Shown: in pieces, positions 49,359 through 59,881 of the stretch
Layout: every line of letters starts with the position of its first letter
How positions within the stretch are numbered: the first letter of the stretch is position 1
Source of the DNA: a virus
Strand: one strand, 5' to 3'
Length of the DNA: 64,000 bases
Virus record (IMG/VR): IMGVR_UViG_3300025133_000086
Coordinates: 5,334-69,333 of that record
Notes under the pieces: generated by a model
The model's database searches: none
Told to the model about the DNA's origin: nothing
The model's input: the letters and a program-made list of their open reading frames with translations, nothing else
Made by a program: the position numbers and the translations under genes

Positions 49359-50087
49359 ATGCCGATAATATCATATAATATACAGGACTTAATCAACGAT
49401 TTACAGTCACTACCACCGAATGGTGTTACATTCCCATTTATGTTCGGAATAACACCAACAATGTTAAACCCAACATTTACCAACATCTCCAATTCACCTT
49501 ACACCAGATTTTCAGGTTCAACAGTGAACCAATGGTTTTTTTCTGGTGGGTTTGTGAGTGGTTTTACAAATGATAAATTAAACGTTGTAAGGTCATACGA
49601 TGCTGCTGATTTATATAACCCAGCGGTGATAAATAATAATGACAATTATAATAATTACTTAGGTACATTTATTAGCGGTGCAACAAAGGTTGTTGACGAT
49701 ACAAATCCGATAATATACGCTGTTGATGCTGAAAGTGAACCCCCATTCTTCCCACTAATCGGTACTGATGCTCAGACGACTGGTATAAGATATAAAACCT
49801 ATTCTGACGAGTCTTACCGATTGGTTGACTTTGATGGTAATGTAACTCAAAAACCAAAAACCGAATTTAGATTTGTTGGTGAGGGTTGGAACGCAACCAA
49901 CGTTGACCTAATGGCCTATATTCGTAGAGAATATTTAATGGGTATTGTTAGTCCGCCAGAGGTGCAAAGTGACGTTTTTATAGATAGAGGTGCAACAACA
50001 GTGTTAGAAGACCATTTAATATTGGGTGAGATAAGAGGTTTGGACGCTTTACAAGATTACAGAAATGGTTATTTTAAATTTGGGTAA
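49359..50087 (+). CDS. Putative structural protein
   Basis: 242 aa ending EYLMGIVSPPEVQSDVFIDRG...YRNGYFK. Confidence 0.6.
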   Translation: MPIISYNIQDLINDLQSLPPNGVTFPFMFGITPTMLNPTFTNISNSPYTRFSGSTVNQWFFSGGFVSGFTNDKLNVVRSYDAADLYNPAVINNNDNYNNYLGTFISGATKVVDDTNPIIYAVDAESEPPFFPLIGTDAQTTGIRYKTYSDESYRLVDFDGNVTQKPKTEFRFVGEGWNATNVDLMAYIRREYLMGIVSPPEVQSDVFIDRGATTVLEDHLILGEIRGLDALQDYRNGYFKFG

Positions 50088-50145
50088 CCTAAAAGTGAGT
50101 TAGATTACTATTTACAGATATAATACTAAAATTAAAGAATTTTGA

Positions 50146-51072
50146 ATGTCGACAGGAATTTATGGTATAAACAGACCCGCTGATGTAAGCCCATCAGATT
50201 GTGAAATATGGGTACACTATACACCAAGCAGAGACGCTGTTGGTAATACAACGGTTGCGCAATTAGACCCACAACAGGTTTTATTACAAATGGATAACCC
50301 TAATAAGGTTCAGTCCAACGTAACAACTGGCTTTGAGGTATTTGGTGGTATGTACACCTTAAAATTACCCGTTGGTCAATTTAACCAAAAAGGTATCTAC
50401 ACGGTGATGATTAAACCTGTTGAAATCAGAACTAGAATTGTTGACTGTGGTGTGCTATCCGCTTTCCCAGACATTAAGGGTATACTATTCGATTTGGCTG
50501 AGATACCACCACAACATGTTAATAAGTTTGAAAATAATAACCTTATTGGTTATAGGATAGAATACCTTAATACCAATACGAATGTTAGTGATGTTAAATT
50601 ACGAAATTTCTTTAAGGTCGTTACATCTAATAACAGGTCTGAACCAGTTAATCAAAACCTAACAAATACAAGCCAAAAGGCTATAAGGTATAATTTTAAT
50701 GATAACTCGACCTTAGTATTTTGTACTGTATCACCAAGCTCGTCCACAAACGTAAAACCTAATGTACTCCCCTTTATTGGTCAATCAAACCAAGAGGTGA
50801 TAATTACAAATACATTCTTTAACCCAATTATGGTTGAGATTGAAATGGTTGAACACGATATCGAAACATTAGCATATGGATTATTTGGTAACCAAACCAA
50901 AAGTCTTGAGGATGGTATATACACGATATATAACTTTGAAAACCAAATATATAAACAATATAACTTATTTGAAATTAAAGACCAATTCACAGGAACACCA
51001 CTATTTGAGGTTAGAGAAGAGAGAGATAATATTGACTTTACTAAGACATTTGATAATGTCTCTAACATTTAA
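50146..51072 (+). CDS. Putative baseplate/structural protein
   Basis: 308 aa with TATTTACA upstream. Confidence 0.6.
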   Translation: MSTGIYGINRPADVSPSDCEIWVHYTPSRDAVGNTTVAQLDPQQVLLQMDNPNKVQSNVTTGFEVFGGMYTLKLPVGQFNQKGIYTVMIKPVEIRTRIVDCGVLSAFPDIKGILFDLAEIPPQHVNKFENNNLIGYRIEYLNTNTNVSDVKLRNFFKVVTSNNRSEPVNQNLTNTSQKAIRYNFNDNSTLVFCTVSPSSSTNVKPNVLPFIGQSNQEVIITNTFFNPIMVEIEMVEHDIETLAYGLFGNQTKSLEDGIYTIYNFENQIYKQYNLFEIKDQFTGTPLFEVREERDNIDFTKTFDNVSNI

Positions 51073-51077
51073 AAATA

Positions 51078-53813
51078 ATGGCTGAAAACCCTAGAGTTAG
51101 AGTAGCTGGCTATGCCCAACGGACATTTTATAATGACGGTATAGAATATCGTAATTTTGCTGACAACCTTGTCGGTAATCAGTTCGTTGAGGATGGTGGT
51201 ACAGCACTGTTTACACTAGGTAATTTTGTGGTTTCAACAAACATGGAACCACCTAATAGTTTTAACTATAATTTAGGTAGCTACAGTCAATTCTTTACGC
51301 TTAATGACATTAATGTGTCAGACAGTGAATTATCGACACTATTAGAAAACAACACCACCGCTAAATTAAAACTTGACGACAGTAATCTATTAACACACAC
51401 TTATTTTGGTTCGGCCACAGAATTTATACGGGTTTCTCTGGAAAAAATAATAACTGATTGGCCAGCGGCAATTTACATGAACCCGATTTCGACAACACCC
51501 AGTGGTGTTGAAACGGTCACATTTACTTTAACGGATTATGCCTTTGACCAGATAAGCCAAACCGCAACATTCAACATACCAGATTTAAGTATAAACAATA
51601 ATTACAATATTAATTATTTGGTTAATGGTACGATTTTAAATACTTTTAATGAGTCGAACCCATTACGTGATTTAACTGCAAATTTTTTAAGTTATTCGTT
51701 ATTATACAATGACGTTGAATATGACTTAGTTGGTTTTACAGGTTTAACAACACCAAACATTGGTAGTATTAATGTAACTGTAAATGGTAATCCATTTGCT
51801 ACTACAGGGAATACACAGAATCAGTATGTTAGTTATCATATAAAACCTAATAAATTAAATTCGGATACATTTTTTAATGGGCTTAATGATTTTGAATCAA
51901 ACCTTTTAAATACACTTATACTACCAAAATATACGTCAACTTTTAGGTTCCCAGTTGAAAGTGATGATGGTACTATATTATTTCAGACAACAACACTTAC
52001 TTGGTCAACATCAGATGGTTACAATTTAGATTTTAACACACCAAACTATACACAATTTGTTAATAGTTTAATTGATATAGCGGATAATACTGATATAACT
52101 AAGTCAGACCTTATAACGAGATTCCTTACTAGTGATTCAATAAGTGATTTCGATACCATACCAATATTCTATGGTGATAGGGATGAGGAAGCCGACCAAA
52201 AGGTTACCAAATTATTGAGGATTTACGGTCGCGAATTTGATGATATTAAACGATATATTGATGGTATATCATTTGCCAATGTGGTTTCATATAATCAGAT
52301 AAATAACACACCAGATATCGTATTAAAAAATCTTGCTAGAACACTAGGTTGGGACTTGGTGTCAAGTGTTTTGGAAAACGACCTACTATCGAACTATGTG
52401 TCAACATCAAGAACCAGTTATTCTGGTTTAAGTAGAGGGTACACACCAATTGAGTCTGAATATGAGATGTGGCGTAGGATAATACTCAACACACCGTATC
52501 TTTGGAAATCAAAGGGTGCTAGAAAGGCGATTGAGTTTTTAACTAAGTTTATTGGTGCCCCATCAGGGTTGATGCAATTTAACGAACATGTGTACGTTGC
52601 TGATGACGCTCTAGATGCTGATGTCGTCCAATCCGCAATAGGTTTAAATGGTCTAGATACTGATTTAACACTATATAATATTGACGGGAATGGTTTTCCT
52701 AGAGTATTACCAGATACACCAGATATGTATTTCCAGAAAGGTGGTGGTTGGTACAGAGAAACTGGTGGTAGTAATGCTGGTAAGTATGTTATGATTGGTA
52801 ACAACCCACACGTTGGTCCTTATGATAGAGGTCAAGAATACATTAACCAGTTTAGAAGTCTTATACCTGATTTTCAACCAGTAACGGTAACGGACTCAGA
52901 GTTAGAAACTGGTATAACAACTTTATTTACTAATTATAGTCAAGGCACTGTAAATAATTATACTGGGGACACTTATGTTGACCTAACAAGTGAAGGGTTC
53001 GACATATCCGATTGTGTTGTGTTAGAAACTAACATCATATCAGACCCAAAACCAACAGATGAGATTACAGCCTGTGGTTGTGATATAGCAACAAATGATA
53101 ATAGCCTACAGATTGATGTAAATTATTCAGCGGCAACATTTAATTGTGATGATTTCTATAATATTGATGGAACCCCAAGTGTTGGTGTTAATGGTAATTA
53201 TTTATTTGATTATCAGCTACCAACAACGATTGACACTAATAACCCATATATACATCCAGATTGTTGTTCGACAGACCATAATGGGTACCCAATGGAGTAT
53301 TATAGTGTTTCGGGTGTACCATATGGTGATTACTACACCTCCGACCCAATTATACAAGAGGAATTAGAGGTTTTCCTTAATTACGATGAAACCGTTTACA
53401 CCGTAACAAATAGTGGTTATATTTGTTGCGAGATAACTAATGGTGACCCATCAGATGCTTGTATAACTTACGCGACATGTAACTGGCGTTTAGCTGGGGG
53501 GTTCCCAACACCAACATTTAATGACGCAACAATACTCATAGATGGTGAGTATTACCTAAAGTTTATCACACCAAACGGTGATTATAGGGTAGTAACACCA
53601 ACAGGTGTTAATTGCGTAACCTCGACAGTATCAACTCCAGGGGTTTTTGACCCCTTTACTGGTGAGGTAGGTTTTGGTTGTAAAATACCCGCTAATGCTT
53701 GGAGTCTCCCTGAGGTTCGTAATAATATAATAAATAGCTATAGAGATAGATTCCTTGGGGTTGAACCATGCGACTATAACTGGGTGCTAAATCAGTTTGT
53801 GTTAGGGGGGTAA
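51078..53813 (+). CDS. Baseplate wedge protein, gp7/P2 GpI-like, with Cys-rich C-terminus
   Basis: PDIVLKNLARTLGW...WRRIILNTPYLWKSKGARKAIEFL. Confidence 0.7.
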   Translation: MAENPRVRVAGYAQRTFYNDGIEYRNFADNLVGNQFVEDGGTALFTLGNFVVSTNMEPPNSFNYNLGSYSQFFTLNDINVSDSELSTLLENNTTAKLKLDDSNLLTHTYFGSATEFIRVSLEKIITDWPAAIYMNPISTTPSGVETVTFTLTDYAFDQISQTATFNIPDLSINNNYNINYLVNGTILNTFNESNPLRDLTANFLSYSLLYNDVEYDLVGFTGLTTPNIGSINVTVNGNPFATTGNTQNQYVSYHIKPNKLNSDTFFNGLNDFESNLLNTLILPKYTSTFRFPVESDDGTILFQTTTLTWSTSDGYNLDFNTPNYTQFVNSLIDIADNTDITKSDLITRFLTSDSISDFDTIPIFYGDRDEEADQKVTKLLRIYGREFDDIKRYIDGISFANVVSYNQINNTPDIVLKNLARTLGWDLVSSVLENDLLSNYVSTSRTSYSGLSRGYTPIESEYEMWRRIILNTPYLWKSKGARKAIEFLTKFIGAPSGLMQFNEHVYVADDALDADVVQSAIGLNGLDTDLTLYNIDGNGFPRVLPDTPDMYFQKGGGWYRETGGSNAGKYVMIGNNPHVGPYDRGQEYINQFRSLIPDFQPVTVTDSELETGITTLFTNYSQGTVNNYTGDTYVDLTSEGFDISDCVVLETNIISDPKPTDEITACGCDIATNDNSLQIDVNYSAATFNCDDFYNIDGTPSVGVNGNYLFDYQLPTTIDTNNPYIHPDCCSTDHNGYPMEYYSVSGVPYGDYYTSDPIIQEELEVFLNYDETVYTVTNSGYICCEITNGDPSDACITYATCNWRLAGGFPTPTFNDATILIDGEYYLKFITPNGDYRVVTPTGVNCVTSTVSTPGVFDPFTGEVGFGCKIPANAWSLPEVRNNIINSYRDRFLGVEPCDYNWVLNQFVLGG

Positions 53814-53875
53814 CCTATTAATTTTTGAATAAATTACGATAAAGATAAAGATAAAGATGATATTTATATATTAAC

Positions 53876-56800
53876 ATGCCACTAGACCCAAACATATTAT
53901 GTAATTTACAAGAGGCAGAGTTCAACACTGAAGACTTAGTTGTTCAAGCCAATAGTAATGGTACTATTAATGTATCACTGGATAGTTTTGGTGAAGTAAT
54001 CGTTAATTCTGAGGTTTGTTGCTCGTATCTTAATAATTTCGAGAACTCTACCACAACAGGGTTTACATACACATGGGATACTGAACTAGGTCAATGTCGA
54101 TGGTTGCAAAGGGTTGATTGCGATGAGCTACCGACATTTAATGTGACATTAAACCCACAAGGTAATGATGGCGCTTTATTTGAGGTTGATGAAGGGGAGA
54201 ATTGTGTGTTAGACGTTAAGTTTGAATACTTATTTAAGTTTGATTGTGGAACAATAACTGATATAATTAACAACGCATTTAACACAATACTAACAGGTTA
54301 TAATAACATTATTACCAGCGCTAACGAAGCGATAGCCATAGCCCAATCAGCGCTAACGGATAATGTTGGTCAATTTAATTATGTATTACCATATGTAGAC
54401 CCAGATACTGGTGAAACAATTTACATGTGTTTAACACCAGCTGGTATTGGTTTATTAGAAAGTATAATTAATAATTTAGGGATTAATTCGGGTATTAGTT
54501 GGTCGGAATATATCAACGGGGAGTACTATGACCCAAGCAATCCAGTATACCAGTACTTAACCAACCTTGGTGATGCGGTTTATTCGGTAAATATACTAGA
54601 CGAAGCACAAAATCTTTATTATAATATTTGTACAGACGGAGCTACTTTGATTAGTGAAACCTTTACCTGGATATCAATAAACAATAACCAACAAGAGGTA
54701 ATAGAAACTAACCAAACGACAATAGCCGAAACGCAAGTATTAATTAATCAATTACTAGCTGATAATCCAAATGGTTGTATTACCGAAATTGAGACGTTAG
54801 AAAATTTAGAGATTGGAATGTCAATTGACATTCAAGACCCTCAGTATGAACAACTAGTTAATTCGGTATATTCTGAAACATTCTTTACCATTGGTGAAGG
54901 TGATTTATTAACATACTTAAGTGAGAATGTTAACAGTGGATTATACATACCAAATTATAGTGGTATTGATTGTACTGATACTGATTGTAATGATTTTGCT
55001 AATATCATTGTTGACCAACTAATAGCACAAGGTCTTGAACAAGAAATATTCATAGGTACAACAAGGGGTGAAAACTACCAAGAACTTATAACGCTATTAG
55101 GTGAAAACTATTTCAATTCAAATTGGCTAACTTTTCAAACCACGATAAGTGACCCTGCTGTGATAAGCGGGATGACCAATCAAAATGTGAACCTTAGTGT
55201 TCAAGTACTTAATAGTTGCATCGACTTTTCAATATTAATTGATAGAATAGAAATTAATAAAATATGTTCTAGAAAGACAAACGATGATATTTTTGTTTCA
55301 GAAAACCCATCGTTTAATCTAAAGCGTGTTGTTGATAATAAAAAGTCTTGGACGGCAATAGATTCACCAACCAATAGAACATTTGAACTACCAATGCGGG
55401 AAACCGAATATAATAGTAATGACTATAGGTTGGTTATTAATACAAAGGAAACCGACCTTAACATTGCGATTGATAACGCTATTGAAACTGATGTGTGGTG
55501 CTATACAGATGATAACCCATGTATTCTGGACCCATGTCAACCTAGAGTGGATTGCGATGGTGTGATTGATGGTGCAACCAACTATACTGGTGGTACAACA
55601 CTTTTCTCATCAGCGATAGAGTTATCCGTAGACATGAATTTTGGTAATGCTATTACTACGATAAATGATATTGTGGCTGGAAGTATACCAACTAGTGCCT
55701 TTACATCAGAATTTAGTGGGTGTTCATTTGTACATAAAATAGATGAGGATTATAATATAGCTAGTAGATTTACTGGTTGGTGGATTTTAGGTGATTTTGA
55801 TGGTTCTGTTTCTTGGTACCGCCAACAAACGGTAATCAGTGGCGCACCCAACACGCAAATATTAATCGATTATTACGGGACATTAACTGGTGTAACAACT
55901 GGACCAGCAAACTGTAACAGTCTTAATGTTGCCATGACTAATCTTAATGCGACACTAGGTACAAGTTACCAAGTACCGTTTTGGGATGGTTTTGGTTGTA
56001 AATTCACACAACCAGCTACTGGTGGAACAACAACGGAAGAATGTTGTTGTGACGAAACACCGCTGAGTGGTACGTCAATAACTGGACAAACAATAGGTCT
56101 ACCACCAGAAGAATCATTTAGTTGTTCATGGCAAGTTGGTGATGTTGGTGAAGCTGGTGGTACAATATTCTGGGTTGACCCTAATAATTCGTGTATAGCG
56201 TTGGAAGTTGCACCTGATGACTTAATAAGTCCTGCAGGTGGAACTTATTTCGATTGGGGTGAACGATTCCCAATATTTCCAGCACCAACCAACACATTTA
56301 TAGGTTCTGGTCAAGAAAATACCCAGTACATTGCTAATTATGGTCAACAATGGACAGCAGCTTATTTTACTGATATTGCGACAATTGGTGGTTTTAGTGA
56401 TTGGTGGTTACCTAGTGCTGATGAATTATTAGAAATTAACAATGCACTACCAAGCGAATTAAATGTATCACCATCATGTCCTGAAGCTTATGCTTATTGG
56501 AGTTCAAGTTATGTGTCACCAAATGAGGTGTATATTTTGAATACATGTACTGGTGAATTGCAACTTGCTAACGTTGAAAATGAACCGATAGAAAATATCA
56601 TATCAGAGGAAATTAGGGTACGACCAGTTAGATTGATTGATACAAGCCCATGTAATGATGTGTATGATGCGATAACTGGTTCAACTTCAGTCACCAATGG
56701 TTTTGAAATCGAGGATGCTGAATGTTCATGGATTTATAAATTTGACACTGATTCGTCACCAACAACCTTTAATGGTTTTTGGTTAGCTGGTATGCCAGAT

Positions 56801-57616
56801 GGTACGTTAGGGACCTTTCAACAGATAACCGTATCTGGTGTGTCATCAACGACAATAAACTACACGGATATTGTAACGGAAGATTGTTGTATTGCATACA
56901 ACGAAGGTTTAAGACACGTTGAGAACGAATTGTATCTTGGTAGACATTTAGCAAACTTAAGATGGGACCAAGACTGTGAAAAATGTTTAATTAATCAATG
57001 TGAAAAGGAACCATGTACTGATTATAATTCACTACTAACTTCAAGTATAACTGGGCTTACAACAGTAACACAGTTCAACGACATATTAAGTAGTGAATTG
57101 ATAAATGTTAGGTGTAGGAAAATATCGTCAGGATACCCAACACTAAATGCTTTATACCATAGATATTTAAACTCCACAGGTTATTGTAACACTTTAAGTG
57201 CGCAATTTACTTATCAGACAATGATTGAGTTCTCTGAACTCATTGGTGATTATTGGGTTGATTTAATTGAACAGGTAGTACCTAGTACGACCATATGGAC
57301 AGCAAATTATATTTATGGTAATACATTGTATGACCAAGAGAAGTTCAAGTATAGAACTGGTTCTGTATTTGCGTGTCACCCTAATAAATATTATAGTGGT
57401 ATACTACCAATGAATTATACCTCTAAGAATCCTATTACAACACCAGTCGATGTTCAATTATACACATCATCTGATGATGGGATTTGTAAAGCTTATGAGG
57501 AGTGTTCTGATATTTATTACTATAATGGTGATTGCGGTTCCGAATTTGTCGGTACTGTATCAGTTATTAGTAATAACGGTAATAATAACAATAGTAATAA
57601 TCTCAGTGCTGAATAA
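53876..57616 (+). CDS. Large Cys-rich structural protein with internal DUF1566/Lcl-like (C-type-lectin-fold) domain
   Basis: VGDVGEAGGTIFWV, GSGQENT, GGFSDWWLPSADEL, YWSSS, RVRPVR; C-terminal LIEQVVPSTTIW. Confidence 0.7.
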   Translation: MPLDPNILCNLQEAEFNTEDLVVQANSNGTINVSLDSFGEVIVNSEVCCSYLNNFENSTTTGFTYTWDTELGQCRWLQRVDCDELPTFNVTLNPQGNDGALFEVDEGENCVLDVKFEYLFKFDCGTITDIINNAFNTILTGYNNIITSANEAIAIAQSALTDNVGQFNYVLPYVDPDTGETIYMCLTPAGIGLLESIINNLGINSGISWSEYINGEYYDPSNPVYQYLTNLGDAVYSVNILDEAQNLYYNICTDGATLISETFTWISINNNQQEVIETNQTTIAETQVLINQLLADNPNGCITEIETLENLEIGMSIDIQDPQYEQLVNSVYSETFFTIGEGDLLTYLSENVNSGLYIPNYSGIDCTDTDCNDFANIIVDQLIAQGLEQEIFIGTTRGENYQELITLLGENYFNSNWLTFQTTISDPAVISGMTNQNVNLSVQVLNSCIDFSILIDRIEINKICSRKTNDDIFVSENPSFNLKRVVDNKKSWTAIDSPTNRTFELPMRETEYNSNDYRLVINTKETDLNIAIDNAIETDVWCYTDDNPCILDPCQPRVDCDGVIDGATNYTGGTTLFSSAIELSVDMNFGNAITTINDIVAGSIPTSAFTSEFSGCSFVHKIDEDYNIASRFTGWWILGDFDGSVSWYRQQTVISGAPNTQILIDYYGTLTGVTTGPANCNSLNVAMTNLNATLGTSYQVPFWDGFGCKFTQPATGGTTTEECCCDETPLSGTSITGQTIGLPPEESFSCSWQVGDVGEAGGTIFWVDPNNSCIALEVAPDDLISPAGGTYFDWGERFPIFPAPTNTFIGSGQENTQYIANYGQQWTAAYFTDIATIGGFSDWWLPSADELLEINNALPSELNVSPSCPEAYAYWSSSYVSPNEVYILNTCTGELQLANVENEPIENIISEEIRVRPVRLIDTSPCNDVYDAITGSTSVTNGFEIEDAECSWIYKFDTDSSPTTFNGFWLAGMPDGTLGTFQQITVSGVSSTTINYTDIVTEDCCIAYNEGLRHVENELYLGRHLANLRWDQDCEKCLINQCEKEPCTDYNSLLTSSITGLTTVTQFNDILSSELINVRCRKISSGYPTLNALYHRYLNSTGYCNTLSAQFTYQTMIEFSELIGDYWVDLIEQVVPSTTIWTANYIYGNTLYDQEKFKYRTGSVFACHPNKYYSGILPMNYTSKNPITTPVDVQLYTSSDDGICKAYEECSDIYYYNGDCGSEFVGTVSVISNNGNNNNSNNLSAE

Positions 57617-57624
57617 TTTAAAAG

Positions 57625-57870
57625 ATGCCTAAATTAGTTAGAAATATTGTTGGTGTAATATATGACCCAGAAACAGCTGAAATCAGATATGTTAGAAACG
57701 TTGAAGGTCAGTTCGGTGAGGGTGACTATTTTAACGTTCTTAGACTCTATGTATACCAACAGGATTATAGCAGGGTTGAAGCGCCATTGGTTAATATACC
57801 AAAAAACACAAGCTTTGGTTTGTTATCCAATAATAATCGTAAAATAATTGAATTAGAAGTTTCATACTAA
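57625..57870 (+). CDS. Small hypothetical protein
   Basis: 81 aa, TAATG-coupled to the next gene. Confidence 0.6.
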   Translation: MPKLVRNIVGVIYDPETAEIRYVRNVEGQFGEGDYFNVLRLYVYQQDYSRVEAPLVNIPKNTSFGLLSNNNRKIIELEVSY

Positions 57871-59831
57871 TGAGATACCAAGAACGTACATATATAGGCT
57901 CTCCGATTGAGTGTATCAGAAATAAATCAATGTATAATGTTTCTTGTAGCTCAGATATCGATGTATTCACACCACCGATATTTTCAGTTAGTGGTACTTC
58001 AACAGCTAGTTGCGTCTATAACTCAATTGAGTTTAGTGGTACACCATATACAACAATATTATCAGCCGCAACATCGGCTTGTACGATAACAGCAACATGC
58101 TTTAGCCACTCAGTTTGGCGATTAGACGTATCTGAAAATGGTCAGAGTGTTTCTAGTGGTGGTACTGGTTTTTGGACTGGTACAACATATACTGGTGATA
58201 CACCAACGGACATTGCACTAGGCAACGCACTTAATAATTCATTTAGTTCTTTAAATTATGGTTACTATTATGATAATCTATTATATAATATTAGAAAACC
58301 ATATGGGGCTAGTGGGTTAACCGTATCGTTATGTGTTGATTTATATTTTGTAGATGGTGCTTTTTGTACTGGTGGTACATGTTCGAATGTCTGCACAGAA
58401 ATTGGTAGTACAACATACCCAGTTTTAACCAGTGGTTCTACTGGGGTATATGTTTTAGATAGGGATAGTGACGACACTGATTTTGATTTTGAATTTAATT
58501 TTACAGACGCTCAGTTCAGTGCGTTTACAGGCGATAGGAAGTTAAAATTCAGATACGAAGTGTTTAAATTCTCCACAGCATCTGGTAGCTTTAGAAAACC
58601 AATATTATTTAATGCTGGTTATTTTGATTCGACCGAAATTTTAGATGATAAACATGGTGGGTATAGTTTAAGTCAGAAAATTCCTCATAGTTCGTTGAGT
58701 TTAGATGGTGATTATCTTATCAAAGGGTATTTCCAAGGTGACACTTTAACTGACTATGGTAAACGGTTAGGTCAAAAAGTAGATACATCAAAAAATAAAT
58801 CTGGAACCGATAACAAATACTACAACCCAGCAAGTTATAGAGATTGGTATTTTAGTGCTAATTATAAGGCTGAAACACCTAATATCAGCTTATCAGCACC
58901 AACCCAATCAAGACTAGGTGCATTAAGTGTTGGGACGATATATGTTGGTTGTGTAAGTGCGACAACTTATACAGGTTTTACAACCGCAACAACTGTAACA
59001 ACTACTTGTAATACTGGTACGACATACGTATTAGGTACGGATATAAGTGGTGATGTGCTAGTCTCACTTAATGGTGAAGTTTTAAGTGTTGGTGTCGATT
59101 ATAGTTTATCAGCCAGCACAAGTATTAATGGTGGGACTGTAAAAGTGGTTGAGCTATTTACTGGAACAACAACTGGCGATGTTATAACTTACGCCTTTGT
59201 TTTGAATGGTGATGCTAACAACTTCAAGTATGAAACGATAGATATAGATTACGCTATTGTTTCAGGTGCTACTGGCGGGCAAGGTGATAATAATGTTTAT
59301 TATAATACAACAACTGGTAAGTATGAATTATACACCGAAATAAACCCAGCACCTAGTAATGACGTTTATGTCACCGTAAATGGTGCCACATTAGCCAATA
59401 ACATTGATTACTATCGGTCAACTTCGGTAGTTAAACGAATAATACTAGAAGGTACGATATTATCTGGTGATGTTGTGCAGATATATTACAACTCATTAGC
59501 AAATATATCTGATGATATATATACCGCATCACACGCTATAAGTTGGGGTATTGATAACGCACCAGAAGAATCAAACGGGTTCTTTACTTTAGAAGTTGAC
59601 AATTTTAAATCATTCACCGCTATAACACAAAGTGCAACAACAAATTATGTAGCTAGGCAACACGACTATACTAGTGATATAACTTTTAGTGGTGATGTTA
59701 ATACCGTTAAGTACTATAGAGTTAAGAATACTAAGGAATATCGAACAATGTGTGGTGATAAAATTATCAGTGAAGCATACAGTGAAATAGTACCGATAAC
59801 AATAAGATATAATTCAATTAATTCTTATTAA
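57870..59831 (+). CDS. Thr/Ser/Gly-rich structural (fibre/baseplate) protein
   Basis: Two VxxNGxxL..xDY...GDV repeats typical of phage beta-rich appendage domains. Confidence 0.6.
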   Translation: MRYQERTYIGSPIECIRNKSMYNVSCSSDIDVFTPPIFSVSGTSTASCVYNSIEFSGTPYTTILSAATSACTITATCFSHSVWRLDVSENGQSVSSGGTGFWTGTTYTGDTPTDIALGNALNNSFSSLNYGYYYDNLLYNIRKPYGASGLTVSLCVDLYFVDGAFCTGGTCSNVCTEIGSTTYPVLTSGSTGVYVLDRDSDDTDFDFEFNFTDAQFSAFTGDRKLKFRYEVFKFSTASGSFRKPILFNAGYFDSTEILDDKHGGYSLSQKIPHSSLSLDGDYLIKGYFQGDTLTDYGKRLGQKVDTSKNKSGTDNKYYNPASYRDWYFSANYKAETPNISLSAPTQSRLGALSVGTIYVGCVSATTYTGFTTATTVTTTCNTGTTYVLGTDISGDVLVSLNGEVLSVGVDYSLSASTSINGGTVKVVELFTGTTTGDVITYAFVLNGDANNFKYETIDIDYAIVSGATGGQGDNNVYYNTTTGKYELYTEINPAPSNDVYVTVNGATLANNIDYYRSTSVVKRIILEGTILSGDVVQIYYNSLANISDDIYTASHAISWGIDNAPEESNGFFTLEVDNFKSFTAITQSATTNYVARQHDYTSDITFSGDVNTVKYYRVKNTKEYRTMCGDKIISEAYSEIVPITIRYNSINSY

Positions 59832-59881
59832 TGAATTATTTACAAATGACTATTTATAAATATACTATAAAATAAAAGAGA

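Noticed and set aside
56120-57600. Complete diversity-generating retroelement suggested by DUF1566 and the AAT/AAC-rich stretch at 57571-57600
   Set aside because: No reverse transcriptase and no TR/VR pair seen; the Asn-rich stretch is a low-complexity protein tail.
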